64,000 nucleotides of DNA from contig JASANG010001402.1 in the NCBI GenBank assembly GCA_030248215.1, forward strand, positions 248,001-312,000. The letters are read 5' to 3'. The translations under genes were made by a program, and so were the position numbers. The notes under the pieces are model-generated. The model ran no database searches and was not told where the DNA came from. It saw only the letters and a list, made by a program, of their open reading frames with translations. Positions within the stretch are counted from its first letter, which is position 1; every line of letters starts with the position of its first letter. The DNA comes from Enoplolaimus lenunculus (taxonomy: Eukaryota). Below are positions 1-14,800 of the stretch, piece after piece.

Positions 1-940
1 TTAGCTGGCTCATACTCCATTTATAGAGGTCAAGAGTTAAATTTGCGTTAGATTGGGAACCAATTTAGACCTTCGAAATACATGTGTGTATTCAGTGTGA
101 CATCGACTTCTATGTATAGGGTCAACGATGGGGGGTTGGTCAGAAACGCCAGGCGCGCCGGTACATTTTGTACCGAGTTAAAGTATGGCAAAATATTTGT
201 CTAAGCAACTATCAGATCCTGAGACGGATCGAAAAATTTTTAACGGGGGGGCGGGGGGCGGGAATGGCGAACGCTATAAAACGCAAAATTGTAAGGTATG
301 GACCTTTTTAATTTATTACCAAAAAATTTTCTTAGGGGAAAAATTGTAAACTTTTATAACACAATTTTCTGAGGGTAAAAATTGTATTTTTTACAAAAAA
401 TTTTCTGTGTGAGAAAATTGTAAGGTAGGCACTTTACGCTTTTATTATAAAAACAATTCTGATAGGGGGCGTGCGCCCGCCCCACGCCCCCTTCCTTTGG
501 ATCCGCAAATGATCAGATCTTCGTTTGATGAAAAACCATAGTAATTAACTCTGAACAAGGGTATGCAACTCACCAAAACTTTATATACATTGCACATAAA
601 CCAGCGCGCATTGCGTTTCTTGTTTACAGCGAAAAAGTCAGCAAACTTGACCCTCAAAAATATAGGATATAGTCAAAACGGAACTAGCGCTATACTTTTT
701 TAACTACGCAGAATGCATCCAGTTCCATAATCAAGTTTGCCGATGTAAAGATCAGGTTGAAAATGTTTTTCTGAGGGACTGCAATAGCGTAAGCTCAATA
801 ACCTTTAAACTATTTTTGCTTAGGTTTTAATTTAGGCTTACGTAAAACCTCAATCGCGTGCTTATGCTCAGGCTTAGAGATATGCGGATGCCATTGTTAC
901 GGCCTTGTTCTATACATTGACATATAGGTCAAAGAGTGAT

Positions 941-1081
941 GGCCCATGTAAACATCAGGGGCGGAACGTTTTCCTGTGGGAATAGAAAAGAGAAAGCTTA
1001 AAAGTTTACACTATTTTTTGATTGGCTTAGGCTTAGGAATATGCTTATAATACTGTTCCACCCCTCTTCTTTACATTGGCC
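941..1081. mobile_element. GGCC-ended MITE with internal TTAGGC repeats (Merlin-like, family A)
   Basis: TIR GGCCCATGTAAACATCAGGGGCGGAAC / GTTCCACCCCTCTTCTTTACATTGGCC. Perfect 8-bp TSD AGAGTGAT. Confidence 0.85.
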
Positions 1082-4000
1082 AGAGTGATGATCGGCCTCG
1101 GTTTTATTACGTTTTTTGATTTGTACTCTTTTTAGGAAATGGAGCGAACGCAAAGGTACAAAGGATCCTATTTGTTTCAACTGTTCTCGTTCCGTCACTT
1201 TTATTTTCTCGCTTCATGAAATAAACGCAAACCAGTGACTTATGTGATTAATATTCGGATTTCGCATAATAGATGGGCACCGGATATCTGGATATAAAAA
1301 ATATCGGATATGTATCCGAAATGAAACATCCGGATATTCGAAGTGCGATTGTGTAAAATTTTTTAGAATAATTTGCGTTGTTTCCCTACTAAAGTAATTG
1401 GAGCTGACGAAAAGAAATTCTGTATTTAAACCTGGGCCAGAAAATTGGACCAAATTCTTGACCATTTTTTTGAACAGATTTAGTTTTTTCGGTGTAGGTA
1501 TAATTCAATAATTCAGTAACATATTGAAATCATTTATCTTCGTATATCTTGCTGGATAAGTGGATACTGTGATAAGCTCAGTCCTGCGGTGGAACTTGTG
1601 TATGAGTAGTTTAGTGTTCGAATGCTTAGTCTTTTGAGTTTCAGATAAATCATTGATATATTTAAAATGGCGCTATACCTTTGAAGACGTCCGGCGCCAT
1701 CGGCCACCGTACGGCACTCTACCGCAAAGACCGCGAATTTCTACATGGCATCGCATAATCATAAACAAACTTTTTTTACTTGCGGTTCCTTACGGTTTCG
1801 GACGTCGCCGCAAGGGAAGCATTGCGCCATCCTTATCTATTACAAAATGTTTCTATCGCTTACAAAATTTATGTGCTAACTGTTAACATGTATACGTTAG
1901 CGTATAGTTGTTCCGTTTACACAATAAAAAGTTCATTTGTTTGATGGAAAGTTAACCTTAGTTTTGGTTTCATGTTTAATCAGGCGCGCTAAACCAGTCG
2001 TCCAACACAAAAATGACGCAATTCAAGTCAGCGTTTCGATTTTACACAGTAATACATGAAAAAATTACAGATTCCTGAACTGTTGAAAATACATTTTTGG
2101 TTCCGCAGTAGTCTATAAATAGATCATAAAAAGTTGAAAAAATACAATTCATAAAAAAATTTATATTTATTTGAAATCATCAGGGTGGGATTATGAGGAG
2201 CAAAATCGGCTTTATGTTTCGATATATTAAGACTAAAGTGTGTCCTGAAGATTTAAACCAACATTTACTTTTAGCAATGTAACAACCAAAACATATTTCT
2301 AAGTTTCAGCCTCCTCAGCGTAATAAACACAAGTCTGACACAAAGCTTAAGAATAAGCCCAAGGAAACAAATTACGCTAAAATTTAAGCCTACTCTATTG
2401 TGGCATAGTGATAAAGCGGGCACTAACGGATCCAGAGGAAGATGGGGAGGCGTACGCCCCGGTCAGACATTTCTTTGTGATGAAATGGTAACGTCCCTAC
2501 CTTACAATTTTTCCACCTTAGAAAGTGTTTTGTAAACAATGATTACGACCCTACTTTACAATTTCCCCTCAAAAAGCTTTTTTGGCGATAAATTGCGTTT
2601 TATAATATTTCACAGCCCGTCCTGTTCGTCAGAAATTTCTGGAGCCACCGCTGAAAGCGGGGTACCCGGATATTATTCCGGATATGAAACAAATATTCGA
2701 TAACCATCACTACCACGCATACAAAAATGCTTAAATGTGTAAACAAGTTCACGTAAAACAGAAAAAACTCCTCAAAATGCCACGTAATTGTTATACAAAT
2801 TAAATTTTACAAACTGCTCGGACATTATATCCGGATATCTGCATATCCGCCGGATATTCGAAATGCTATTGTGTAAATAATTTTTTAGAATTTGCATTGT
2901 TTCACTGTTAAAAACGCTGGAGCTGATAAAAAGAAATTCTGTATTCAAACCCGAGTTAAAATATTGAACCACCTTCCTGTATATTCCCATGATGGTTTAA
3001 CACTTTGTTTTTTAATAACATGCCAAAATTAAAAAACTTCAATTTTTCTTGATGAATAATGACTTCGTATGTTTACATTATCTCAAAATTAAACCAGCGA
3101 AAAATTTGCATCGAATACGCACCGTCAAATACTAAATTTATTATCTTTGCAAGAAACAAAATCTTTTTAAATTCTGACCGTAGGGTTGGGGGGCGATAAC
3201 CCCATCCTGCTTAGTGTTCTTTCAAAATGCGGAAGGTTCAAGAAAGCCGCAGCTTCCGCTGAGAGAGATAAAGCACAAAATTTATTCAAAAATGTTCGGT
3301 TTTGCGGAAAAAGTTTCCTCCTACATTTGAGTCGTGAAATAAATAAGTAAATCAGATACGCTAAACCAGTCATCAAACGCAAAAAAGACGCAATTCAACT
3401 CAACGCGTCGCTTTTACACAATACCATACACATGAAAAAATGAAGATTTCTTAACTGCTGAAAATAGGTACATTTCGGATCCGCAGTAGTCCGTAAGATC
3501 ACGAGAAGTAAAAGTATATAAATTCAAATCTTAAAAATTGAAATTAATTGAAATTATCATGGGGAGGTTATGAGGAGCCAAATCCCCATTATGTTCCAAT
3601 ATATTAAGACTAGACCGAATCCTGAAGATTTGGACCATCGTTACTTTAACAATGTAACAACCAAAACATATTCCTAAGTTTAAACCTCCTCTGCGTAATA
3701 AATACAAGTCTAAAACAAAGCTTAGCCTAGCTCAAACAAAAGATAGTTTAGAATTAAGACTTGTCTATTTCGGTCCAGCGAGAAGGAAGGCGGACAAGAG
3801 CGGATCGAAAGGTTGGCGGGCCGACGTGCACCTCCGTCAGAAATTTTTTATAACAAAATGGTAACGTCCCTACAATTTCACTCCTCAGGAATTTTTTGTG
3901 ATAAAATGATAAGGTCTCTACCTTGCAATTTATTGTCCTCCCTCAGAAAGTTATTTCGTAAAAAAATAATTAGGTCCCTACCTTACAAATTTACACCTCA

Positions 4001-4394
4001 GATAAATTTTTGGTAAAAATTGCGTTTCAAAACATTTACGAGCCTGCCCCCTGTCAGAGCGTAATTATTTGTTAATGTGGTTCTTTCTTCTGTGAACGTA
4101 AAACGACTCATACATAGTTCGAGGGAAGGGTGACATTCGATAGAATCCCTGTTGCAGTGGTTTAAATCATACGGAGACAAACCAAATCAACTCAATTTCA
4201 GGTGGCCAAAAATTTCTGTATTAAGCTCCTAGATTGAACATTCGGCCAGGTTGAAATAATAGATGCTAGGGCCCATATATTCTTGAATGCCGTCTCAAAA
4301 TCCCATCGTCCCAGCTAAAAAATTAATAGCTCTTGTTTGTGGTGAGATTTTGGGATTTTGTGATTTCAAAAAAATTCATTGCAAGCAATTCCTT

Positions 4395-4935
4395 TGGCTT
4401 AGTCTTAGGCTTTAGGTTTAGGATTACGCAATCCTTTGGCTCGAGATTAGGTCTAGGAATTGGCAAGGCTCAATCTTAAGGCTTCGGATTAGGCAAGGTT
4501 CCGTCTCAGGCTTAGGGGAGAATTAGGCGTTTAGGCGTAGAATATGGCGTAAAGCTTAGATATACATATAAAGTATAGAGATGCGTTAGCCTTAGGCATC
4601 GACTTAGGCTAAAGCTTAGGCTTTTGGAGCAGGCTACGTTTTCGGTTAAGCATAGATTAGACCGTAAATGGCATAGGCTTAGGCTTTAACAAACTTTGGT
4701 TTAAACATAGACTCGACCCTAAACTACCCATGGGCTAAATCTTAGACTTAGCCTTGTAGGTGGCTGTGCCACTCTTAATAGCACACAGAATCACGAACTA
4801 TTCACTACTCTTGGGCTTAGGTTTAGGCTTCAGGAGCATCCCACCTTCGACCATATCCGGAAATCCAATCCCATTACGCTGGGCTTAAGCTTGGGTTTAG
4901 GTTTTACGCTTAGGCTGTATGAGCAGGTTTTGGTT
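4395..4935. repeat. Degenerate TTAGGC-rich repeat block
   Basis: Dense, diverged TTAGGC/TTAGGT/TTAGAC hexamers. Confidence 0.7.
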
Positions 4936-5498
4936 TAACCCTTTCTCACATGAATATTTTCTATTTCCCCTGAGACCTACTTTTATGCTAGGATTCGAAC
5001 TCCAGTTATAGGAGCTTGACGCTCGAGCCCGAGTCGGCTCTCACGTCTTGTGGTCAGTTAGTACTATGTATACGTGTTGCAATTGTTAAACACGGTGCGA
5101 TATATATTAACGTATATACACTGCGCTTCATGGCAGCCTCGAAAGCTCATTATCTTTGTTTTTGCCCCCAACTCTGTCAGAAATTTTAACAGCAGGTTCA
5201 AATTTACTACATACCAAAAGAAAATAGCTCATTACAAAATGTGGCCCATGTAAAGATCAGGGGCGGACCGTTTTTCTGTGAGACTAGAAAAGATTATGCT
5301 TAATCATTAGACTAATTTTTTGCTTCGCTTAGGCTTTGGCTTAGGCTTAGCAATACCCCGTTCTTACGCTTAGGCATCATAAACACTGGCCCATACAGCA
5401 AAACCCTTAGCAAATATTGTCGGTATATATGTGCACGGTACGCGTATTTAAAGCAAAATATTGCCACACACATACACATATACCGATTAAGTTGTATT

Positions 5499-5570
5499 CA
5501 TCGCGTGGTGTAATGGTAGCATGCTTGACCCAAAAGCAAAACAGTCGAGGTTCCAATCCCGGCGTGGTCC
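5499..5570 (+). pseudogene. tRNA pseudogene or tRNA-derived SINE head
   Basis: A box TGGTGTAATGG and B box GGTTCCAATCCC with tRNA spacing. Partial acceptor stem (CATCGCG/CGTGGTC) and D stem, followed by TTTT at 5577. Anticodon and T stems are mismatched. Confidence 0.6.
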
Positions 5571-5854
5571 TTAACATTTTGAAAAACTCCAAACAGTGGT
5601 CGTACAGACCGTATAGTTCCAACAAATCTTACCTTTTGTGCGTATTAACCTAATTCTATTCACAAGCCTTAGTCACAGCCTAAACTTAAACCTCAGTGTG
5701 AGTCTAAGTCTAAATCCAATACTCAGTCTAAGCGAAAAGATTAGTTTAAAATCTAACCCATGGTCCAAGTTCTAAATGCCTCAAAACAATAACAACTGAC
5801 ATCTACTTTTTGTGTCCATAAAATTTTTCATTGGCGTCCATTCTCGTTGTAGTG

Positions 5855-8800
5855 TCACACGGATAGCACACTTTGCCCTTGTAGTTTGCCACGAAACGGT
5901 TGCAATGCATGAGCAACATCGATTGCTAAGAATCGATCAGTCTGAAATACACATTATTATAGTCACGACCCCAATTAAGCGTGCAGTAATTGCAATTGCA
6001 GTCTACGGCGGTTATGGTCGCAAAATCATAACCTTGTATGACGTGATTGCAGTTGCGCTTCAAATCGCGTTTGTAGTCGTCGCGTTTACAAACTATCGCG
6101 TTTCAAATACGAGGCAACCAGAGTCGCGGCATGAAACGCAATGGCGACTGCACTTAATTCTGACCGTGACTGTGATTGGTCCTATTACACGATTTGTGAG
6201 TAAAAATGTAGGCTGGGCAAAACAAATTGAGCGACGTCATACGGAAAAACAGAGCTAGAATTTTGGCTTATGGATGGCAACGCCAATAAACGAATAGTAA
6301 TTTTGTCAATTAATTATAAAATCGAAAATTACTTCAAGTCGCACAGCATCACAGTATCGCTCTGGTTAACGCGGATCTCAACCTGTGAACTACCTTATAT
6401 TTTTTCTGGATCTGCCCTTGCAGCTAAGTTTGACACCTGTTTCATTATTGAACTAATTTTTTTTTGCCAAACCCGTTTCTTCTCTGGTTAAACGCCATTG
6501 CCATACTATGTTAGCGAGCTCAGAAAGAGAACAAACTGAACTTTTGAACCAAAATACATCACCAAAAACTTACATCAGACACTGACAGTCCAACAAATTT
6601 CGCAGACGATGCTAAATCTCCAAGTTTATCTTTAATACAATCAAAATATTCGTCTTCCATCATTCGTTCGGCAACGTTAGCATCCAGGCCATCCAAGACA
6701 GCACGCGAAGCGTCTTGTGTAAGTACACGAATCTTTTCATGAGCCTCCTGAAAAAAATATATCAAAAATACTCGCCAGCCTAGAATAATTAAGATCGAGA
6801 ATGTACAAAGAGACCGACCATTTTATTTTAAGCGATAAATAACGAGAAAATTTTGGTATTTCCAGATATTTTAGGCCATTATGTATATATAGTATATATG
6901 TATATATATAATTAAAATAAAATAATAAATAACCAAATGATTGAAGTGATCAAATTAATAAGAACTAGTGGCAACTTATTTGTAAATTTTAAACATATAC
7001 ATATTACTTTGTACATTCAATTTAGGGCTATCCTGGCGAATGTGGATTGATTCCAAGATTTGCAGCGCGAAGTTATCTTTAAATTTGGAATATGAATTTT
7101 GACTACTACTAGCACCAGTCTCAATTCGGCAATCTCTGAGCATTCGTCTGGATGTAACCACCAATGTAATTTCGACGACTTTTCTGTACTTGTTTCGTTA
7201 CCAAATAATTCATATTTCAAATTTAAAGATAACTTCGCGCTGCAAATCTTGGAATCAATCCACATTCGCAAGGACAGCCCTAAATTGAATGTACAAAGTA
7301 ACATTAATATGTTTACAATTTACAAATAAGTTGCCACTAGTTCTTATTAATTTGACCACTTCAATCATTTGGTTATATATATAAAACTAAAAAAACAATA
7401 ATTAAATCATAAACAAAACGTTAATTGAAATTGCACTACTCCACCAAATTTTATACGTAATATCGCTTTAATAGTTTAATACCTGTCTATCTTTACCACA
7501 TTTAACCAGCTCCATTAGAATACCTTCCATACACAAAAACGGTAATTCGTCATTAACATGTGCAGTAATGATCTAAAACAATCAAAACCTTTGATCCAAT
7601 GATAAGATGGAACATAAGTTACTGTCAAAGCCACCAACGTACATATGGGACAGACCAAGACAAAGCCATCAAATTTCGTTCATTATGCGTAGTCCTAGGC
7701 CCATATTTTCAAATGTGTATAGCAATCACCATCATGTTAGTAATAGGTTTTTAAACTCACTAACTATTCCAGTTGTTGAACCCAAAATTGACACAGGAGT
7801 AAAAACAATCAATAATGCAAAAAATATACTGCATTTTGAGACTCAGCATTCACTGGTTTGAAAGTTACAAGACCTGTCGCTAACTGGTGATAGGTGCTAC
7901 ACATTATTTCAAAATACGGGCCCTAGATTCACGCTTAGGCTTAAATTTTTAGATTAAGCTCGGACGTGTTCAATACAGGCGCCGTAGAAAATAGAACAAA
8001 AAAGAAGTTTTCAAACAAATCTATTACCATAGCTAGACGGTTTAGGTTTAGGCTCAGGCTTAGTTGGCAGACCTTTATAACTAACATAAGTCACAACGAT
8101 AATCAATCCAACCAATAGGTCAGGTGCTACATCCAGTTGGAAATACGAACTTATCCCGGTGACAAAGAATAATTCTGACGACCTCTATAGCACAATACTC
8201 CCCTAAAATTCCATTTATGTCAACTCTCAAAATAACTTGTGAACCAAAGAAACGAAGGATTTTGAAAACATTATAAAATGGGCCCATGTATAGAACAAGG
8301 CAGGAACAGTAGTATAAGCATATTCCTAAGCCTATGCGTAAGCTTAAGCCTAAACCTAAACGTAAGGATGAACCTACTGCTAAGGCTAATACTAAGCTTA
8401 AGCCTAAGCAAAAAGTTAGTCTAAAGCTTAGACTGACTCTATTACAGCCCCGCCGGAAAACGATCCGGTCCTGTTCTATACATTGGGTCAAAAATGCAAA
8501 AAGACACTCTACTTACCCGTTCATTGACAACCAATCCTTCGACGATATTCTGAAATGTCACTAAACAAGCATCTGCGGTCATAAATGCATCCGGTATAAC
8601 AATTCGCCTAAAAATAATTAATAATAGATAATAAATCGCCAGTCTAACGCTAATTGCAATTGATTTTTTTCGTCAATCGTTAAACAGCAAATTTCGGTTC
8701 GTTTCTTTTAATATCAGCTGCGCGCGTTGTAGATACACAAATTCTGGCCAGCAAACACATTTGAAAGACGTTCAGAAGCATAAAACATCCATTAAGACTC

Positions 8801-11800
8801 CAACAATAATTTTTATTTCGCAAACGCAAAATTCCCGTGCGTAGCCAAGATTTCTGAACCGGATGGAAGGTAAGTTCTAGAAAAATTTGAAAAACACGAT
8901 AGAGTCGCGTGTTATCTACTCAAAAAGTTTTTAAAAATTCTGACCAAAAGCCACATAACTTACTGGGGGCTTGCCCTTACACACCGCTAGCAACGTCGTT
9001 GGCGCTATACTTACTTATTCGAACTATCATCCAGAGTTCGTTCAAAGCCTTGCAACGCTGCAGTTTGAAGCGCATTTGGAGCTAAATTCATTAGATAGCG
9101 AGCAAATCCACAACATCGTTCACAACGAATTGGATTTTTCTTGTACGGCATCGCAGACGAACCTAAAATAATCAAAACGCGTAGCATGTAATCGTGTACC
9201 AAAAAAACATATACCTGGGGCTGCTTTAAATGCTCCAGCGAGGAATTAAAATTTTAACCTCATATTCAAATATATTTCGAATTTTGCCAAATTCTCTAAA
9301 AGTATGAGAAATTATACCCGTCATTGTTACATGAAAGCCGAAAAATTCTATGGACCTCCATGGTTGTCGTATCTATACGTTTGGCAGCGGAGACTACAGT
9401 TTTGGATGCGGCGAAGCTAAAAGTTTGAATCGGTTTTATTCTAAATAAACTAAACATACCGACTTGTGTAGATTCGAACGGTTCTTGGATTTCACGAAAC
9501 GCCTGTAGCATTCGAATATCCATACAAATCTGAAAACAGCGGAAAATTGAACGAAAAACACGAAAGGGTTGTGGGAATATGGTCCTTAAGAATGCCCGTT
9601 TTACAATTGCTAAACTAGGATAAGTATGACATATATGAGAGGTCTTGTACTCTATATTTTGGCCACAGATTAGAAAACTTTAACTGTCCAACGGACAACA
9701 ACCACGGTTCCTGTTTTGCTGTAAAACATTTGGAAATCTAACTAAAAAATTCACTGTTTGATTGATGCAGCTGCAGGTAGACTTTGCTTCTTCGTCCGGG
9801 TGCAAGCCAAGCAACCGTAGAACAGCGGACCGACGGTGACTGGTTTACCTTGTGAAACCATGTGTTGAGTATCGTTCCGTATCCCGAATAAAAACGGGCC
9901 AGCATGGCGCGGCTTTACGAAGTGTAGGTCAATACACCTTATCACAAGTTATATTTTAAATTCTTATGCAACTTTCGCAATATCATGCGTACACTCGGTG
10001 ACTTTAAAGGAGGGACATTGACAAGCTTCAGTGTCTAGAATACACAACCTTTTTGGCTTCAGTGCGTTAAACATTACCCCCTCAAATGTCACCTGGTGTA
10101 CGCATGATATTGTGGAAGTTGCATTAGTATATATGACATATTTCGCTATCAATGTACCTTATAAACCGAAGCAGCAAGAATAGATAACGCATTCAGCACA
10201 GCAGCGTCTTCAATTCGCGGATATGTTTGTCCAGTTACTGAAAATGAGCTGAAAAATTAATCAAATTACAAACACGAATAATATTACGAAAATATTTCTT
10301 CTACAATGCCATCGCTTTAATAATAAGATTAAATTCTAAAAAAACAACAAAAAACTTATTTTATTTATCCTTGCCAATATTTATTTAGGTTTCTTACAAC
10401 TGCAAGTCTTGAGTGACCAATAGCAGGGTGCGACCGGATATTAATTTACCGGATACCGGAACCGGATACGGATATTAAATTTTTTACCGAAACAGGAACC
10501 GGATACCGGATATTGTATATATAGAAATAATTTATGTTTCGCAGTATTTTTAGCGTGATCAGGGTTTTCGTCTGTTATAAACTTTATAATAGCTGCTGAT
10601 ATACTGAAATACGGAATACAAAAATGCGTTTAACTCTCACACGCTTAAGTTAAAAACAGCTAAACGTATCGAAACTTGAACTTTTTGAATTGCCCAGAAA
10701 TGTAATCGCAGCCAGATATTAAAGACTCTTACTTGTAAAAAGCATTTTATGATATTCGTCACCACAACCGCAATTATCCGGTATTCGGTAGGTTTATACC
10801 GGATACCGGAACCGGATACGGATAACAATTTTAGCCGGATAATAAACTGGAACCGGATATCCGGTCGCACCCTAGCCAATAGCTACTATATTTATCGCCA
10901 GGCTAGCGAACACAAGCGTGCGTGAAACATGTTGACCATTTTATGGCCAATATAGCTGTAATTTCGGGTATCTAATGCCCCAACATCACTTCGACATTAC
11001 ACTATCCAAACATAGGGCTTTTCCTACCAACTCTAAAATCGTAAACAAAATGATCAAAATCCACACCAAGCCATACTAACCTTTGAAATCCGGCGAGCTT
11101 AGTCAATTGATCGTTTAACAATCGAACCTGAAACATTACAACAACGCAGTCTCTAAAAGCTTAAACTAACTTGAGTTAAGCTTAACCTAATCCAGTAGTA
11201 TTAAACTAACTTTCTAGAATAACTAAACTAACGGGTAGGATTACGCTTAAACTAGTTTAAAATCTTACGTATTTTTAGTTTAAGCTAAACTTAGTGAACT
11301 CTTTGATACACATAATTTCTGGCCAGCACTTTTTGCTTAATCTAAAAATAAGTTCACTTAAACTCGTGTTAAACTTAAAAAAATGCCAGTTTAGGTAAAA
11401 CTTAAAATTCTAGTTTAGTTAGTCCGTCCAGCCATTTGAGTTTTACTTACACTAATATTCAAGTTTAGTTAAGCTGTAATTTAAGTTTAAGTTTTTAGAC
11501 AGCAGTCTCGGACACAATTTAAGGGCGCAACAAATTCCTTGCGCCACAATGTACCGCAGCAACCGTAACTTGGTGACGACTCATGCAAAACATAACTGAA
11601 CTAATAACAGAGCTACCCCTGTATCAACTCGTTCACCTTCCGTTCATTCCCGTCGAAAAGCTTCAAAAACGAATCGCACGTCCCAGTTGCGCCTTTGATT
11701 CCGCGAAACTTGAGCGACGTCCGTTCATAGTGTAGCCGTTCAACGGCGAACAGCAAATCTTGCATCCAAAGGCACGTCCGTTTTCCTACCGTGGTCAGTG

Positions 11801-14800
11801 ATGCAGCTCTGAAACGCAACTAAAATCGTGACAAAGGCGTAACCCGGCCCCAACTTTCGTTTTCCGCCGACAGTTGCTGACAGCGCATTAGGTGCAGTTG
11901 CAGTTGCGTTACACACGCGTTACGCTTACCGCGACTGCTCCTAAGAAGCGTATAACTAAGCGTAAAACTTTCCAGTAGTCAATCTTGCGGCTTTAGAAGT
12001 TCAGGCCAATATATAGAACAGTACCGTGGCAGTGTGCTATAAGCGTATTCCTAAGACTACGCCTGAGAGTGTGAAAAAGTTTACACCTAAGCCTAAGCCT
12101 AAACATAATTATAGTCTAAAGCTTAAATTTACCCTATTGCGGTCCTGCGGCAAAACTGTCCACCCCTGATCTTTACACGGGCCAATTATTGGCGCAATTA
12201 TGTCAATTTGATGCACAGAGCTTAACCAAGAGTGCATGATACAAGAGTATGCAACTCTTGGGGCTCCGCATGGTACAACATGTACCACCGGGCGTTGCGT
12301 TTTTGGCCGACCCCCGCCCCTTGTTCAGAAGGGGTGTCGCTAACACATGAATACCCTAAATTAAACTGTACGGGGAGCATGTTTGATTCTGCATAAAGGA
12401 TGTGTTATGATTCGCCCTGGCTGTACCCCCCTCTAAATAAAGGGGGGTAGGCCAAAAACGCAACGCGTGCCGGTTACATTCTTTTCTACACAGAATATTC
12501 CCAGTTGCACACCCTTATTGAAGTATGCGTCATCCACTATTGGCTTTACTAACGAAAAACTATCTAAACTCTAAACAATATAGCTTCTACTAAAACCTAC
12601 TGATAGTGAGTCCGTCCAAGCGTCGGTAAATTTTTCCATTTCTCAGCAAATTTGGCTAATCGATCAACACACGTTGCAACCTGAAACAGTATAACAATTA
12701 CACAATTTTGCTTGCAAAAAAGAACACCAATGTTGAAAAATCGTTTAAATTATAAAATAGAAAAATTTGCTAATATCTTGCAAAATACTAAAATTGCTTC
12801 GACCCATGTAAAGATCAGGGGCGGAATGTTTTTTGCGTGACAAGAATAGAATAAGCTTGAAGTTTAGACTAATTTTTTTGCTTGGCTTAGCATTAGGCTT
12901 TGGCTTAGGCTTAGGAATATGCTCGTTCTTACGCTTAGGTTTAGGCCTAGGCTTAGGAATATGCTCCTTCTTACGCTTAGGTTAAGGGTTAGACTTAGGC
13001 TTTAGGCTTAGGAATGTGTGCTTACAATACTGTTCCGCCTTTGTTCTTTACATTGGCCATTGCTTCCTACATTTTCCCGTTTGCAGTTTTTGAAATCTTC
13101 CGATTTTGGCGCGACTTAGGCTTATAATTACGTTTAGGTTTAGTCGTACAATTAAGATCGTATAGTGGTAAACAGTGCAAGATCTAACTATTAATTAATA
13201 ATATTGCAGGAATATAAAAAATTTTCAAAATAACAAATATGCGCTGTTTTACTGACACAGAGTAATAATTATAATTTAAAATTTTCCAATTCTCTACGTC
13301 TTCATACTTCAGGAAAACAGTGCCAAGACAATTAACCAAAAAGTCACAATTCTAATTTAGTCGTCAAAGAAGAAAAAAAAACATTTTTTTAATTTTTGTG
13401 AACCAAGTTTTTTTCAAAATTCAAAAATGTGCCTGATACAATTGTGGACTTACCTTAACGATAACAATGTCCAATGCGTCCCTTATCAAAATTAATTCCT
13501 GAAAAACACCCAAATGTGTACAATTACACTATTTACAAAATATATTATATATTACACACGGCCCATGCATAAAACATGGCTGGATCGTTTTCCGACGGGG
13601 CTTTAATAGCGTCAGTTTAAGCTTTAGACTAATTTTTTTGCTTAGGCTTAGGCTTGATTAGGTTTAGGAATAGCTTCATCCTTACGCTTAGGCTTAGGCT
13701 TAAGAATATGCTTATACTACTGTTCCGGCCCTGTTCTACACATTGGCCCACACACATATATGTATATATATATTTATATATGTATTTGAAAGATGTTATA
13801 TTCAAACATTTCGAATTCACTTGCAGTGAATTAATACACCACCATTTACATGTCAATCCTCATTACAACCATAGCCCACTTCCGCCAAAATTTAGGCTAA
13901 AATATAACCAAGGTGCAATTTTAATTAAGCACAGCTTCTTATTGCTATGCAGCCAGCAAAAATTTATCATAAAAAAACTTTTTTAACCTTTATTTGACAG
14001 ATTTTGAACTCCTTTGCCGAAACCGGCCGTAATTTTTCAGTGCACAAAAATCCCTCAAGTCCATACCGTATTATCTTGTACAAAAGCCGACGTTGCACCT
14101 TGATGCAAAATTCCACCAGCACCCGGGCACGTTGACTTAAACGCAAGGATATGAGCCATCACATCGTGTCGTGTTTCGTTTTCATTTCGTTCAATCGACT
14201 CCCAGTCAATATTGCTGATGTTCGATTCTATTTCAGTTATTTGAGCGTCAGTAATATTGAGGCCAAGATTCTGAAATAAAACATAAATACAATATTTTCG
14301 TCAGCCAAATCGAAGTTTTCAAAAATTCAAATTCGGTTGTAAAATAAATAATAAACTGATTCAGCAACATGGATGGACTAATGGTACGCAACCGAAGACA
14401 CCGGGCATGCCTACACCACCCCCGTCCCGAAATAATATCCTAGTCACCAGGTGCAACCGGAATTATAACGGAACAGGAAAGTTAAAAATACCAGAACGGG
14501 AAAATAAAAAATAGTTGTTACCGAAAAATTCATTTTAAGCGCAATTTTTATCGCTTTTAATACTGTAAACACACCATTTAGAACGGTAAACTCCTGAAAC
14601 AATCGCAGTAGATGGAAGCATGATAAATTATGGAGTATGGCACAAATTGAAAATTTCGGCAATACGCGCTCAGACAATTATAGAAACAGAAGTTTATAGA
14701 ATAATATGCCAATTTTTCATAAATTTTTGAATAAGAAAAATTTTCAATACCAAAAATACCGAAAAATTCTGGTGAAAAAATACCCTATTTTTTACCGTAA

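Noticed and set aside
120..672. Possible last plus-strand exons (120-182, 630-672) of a gene entering from the left
   Set aside because: Splice sites are plausible but the peptide is short and unrecognisable.
5812..6258. 148-aa plus-strand ORF
   Set aside because: Antisense to the last ADSL exon plus a small MITE (5960-6171).
11637..14270. ADSL substitutions HQGATS and GATGTCDSF versus the usual HLGATS and GTQ
   Set aside because: The catalytic His/Ser and main substrate-binding residues are intact, so this is likely ordinary divergence.
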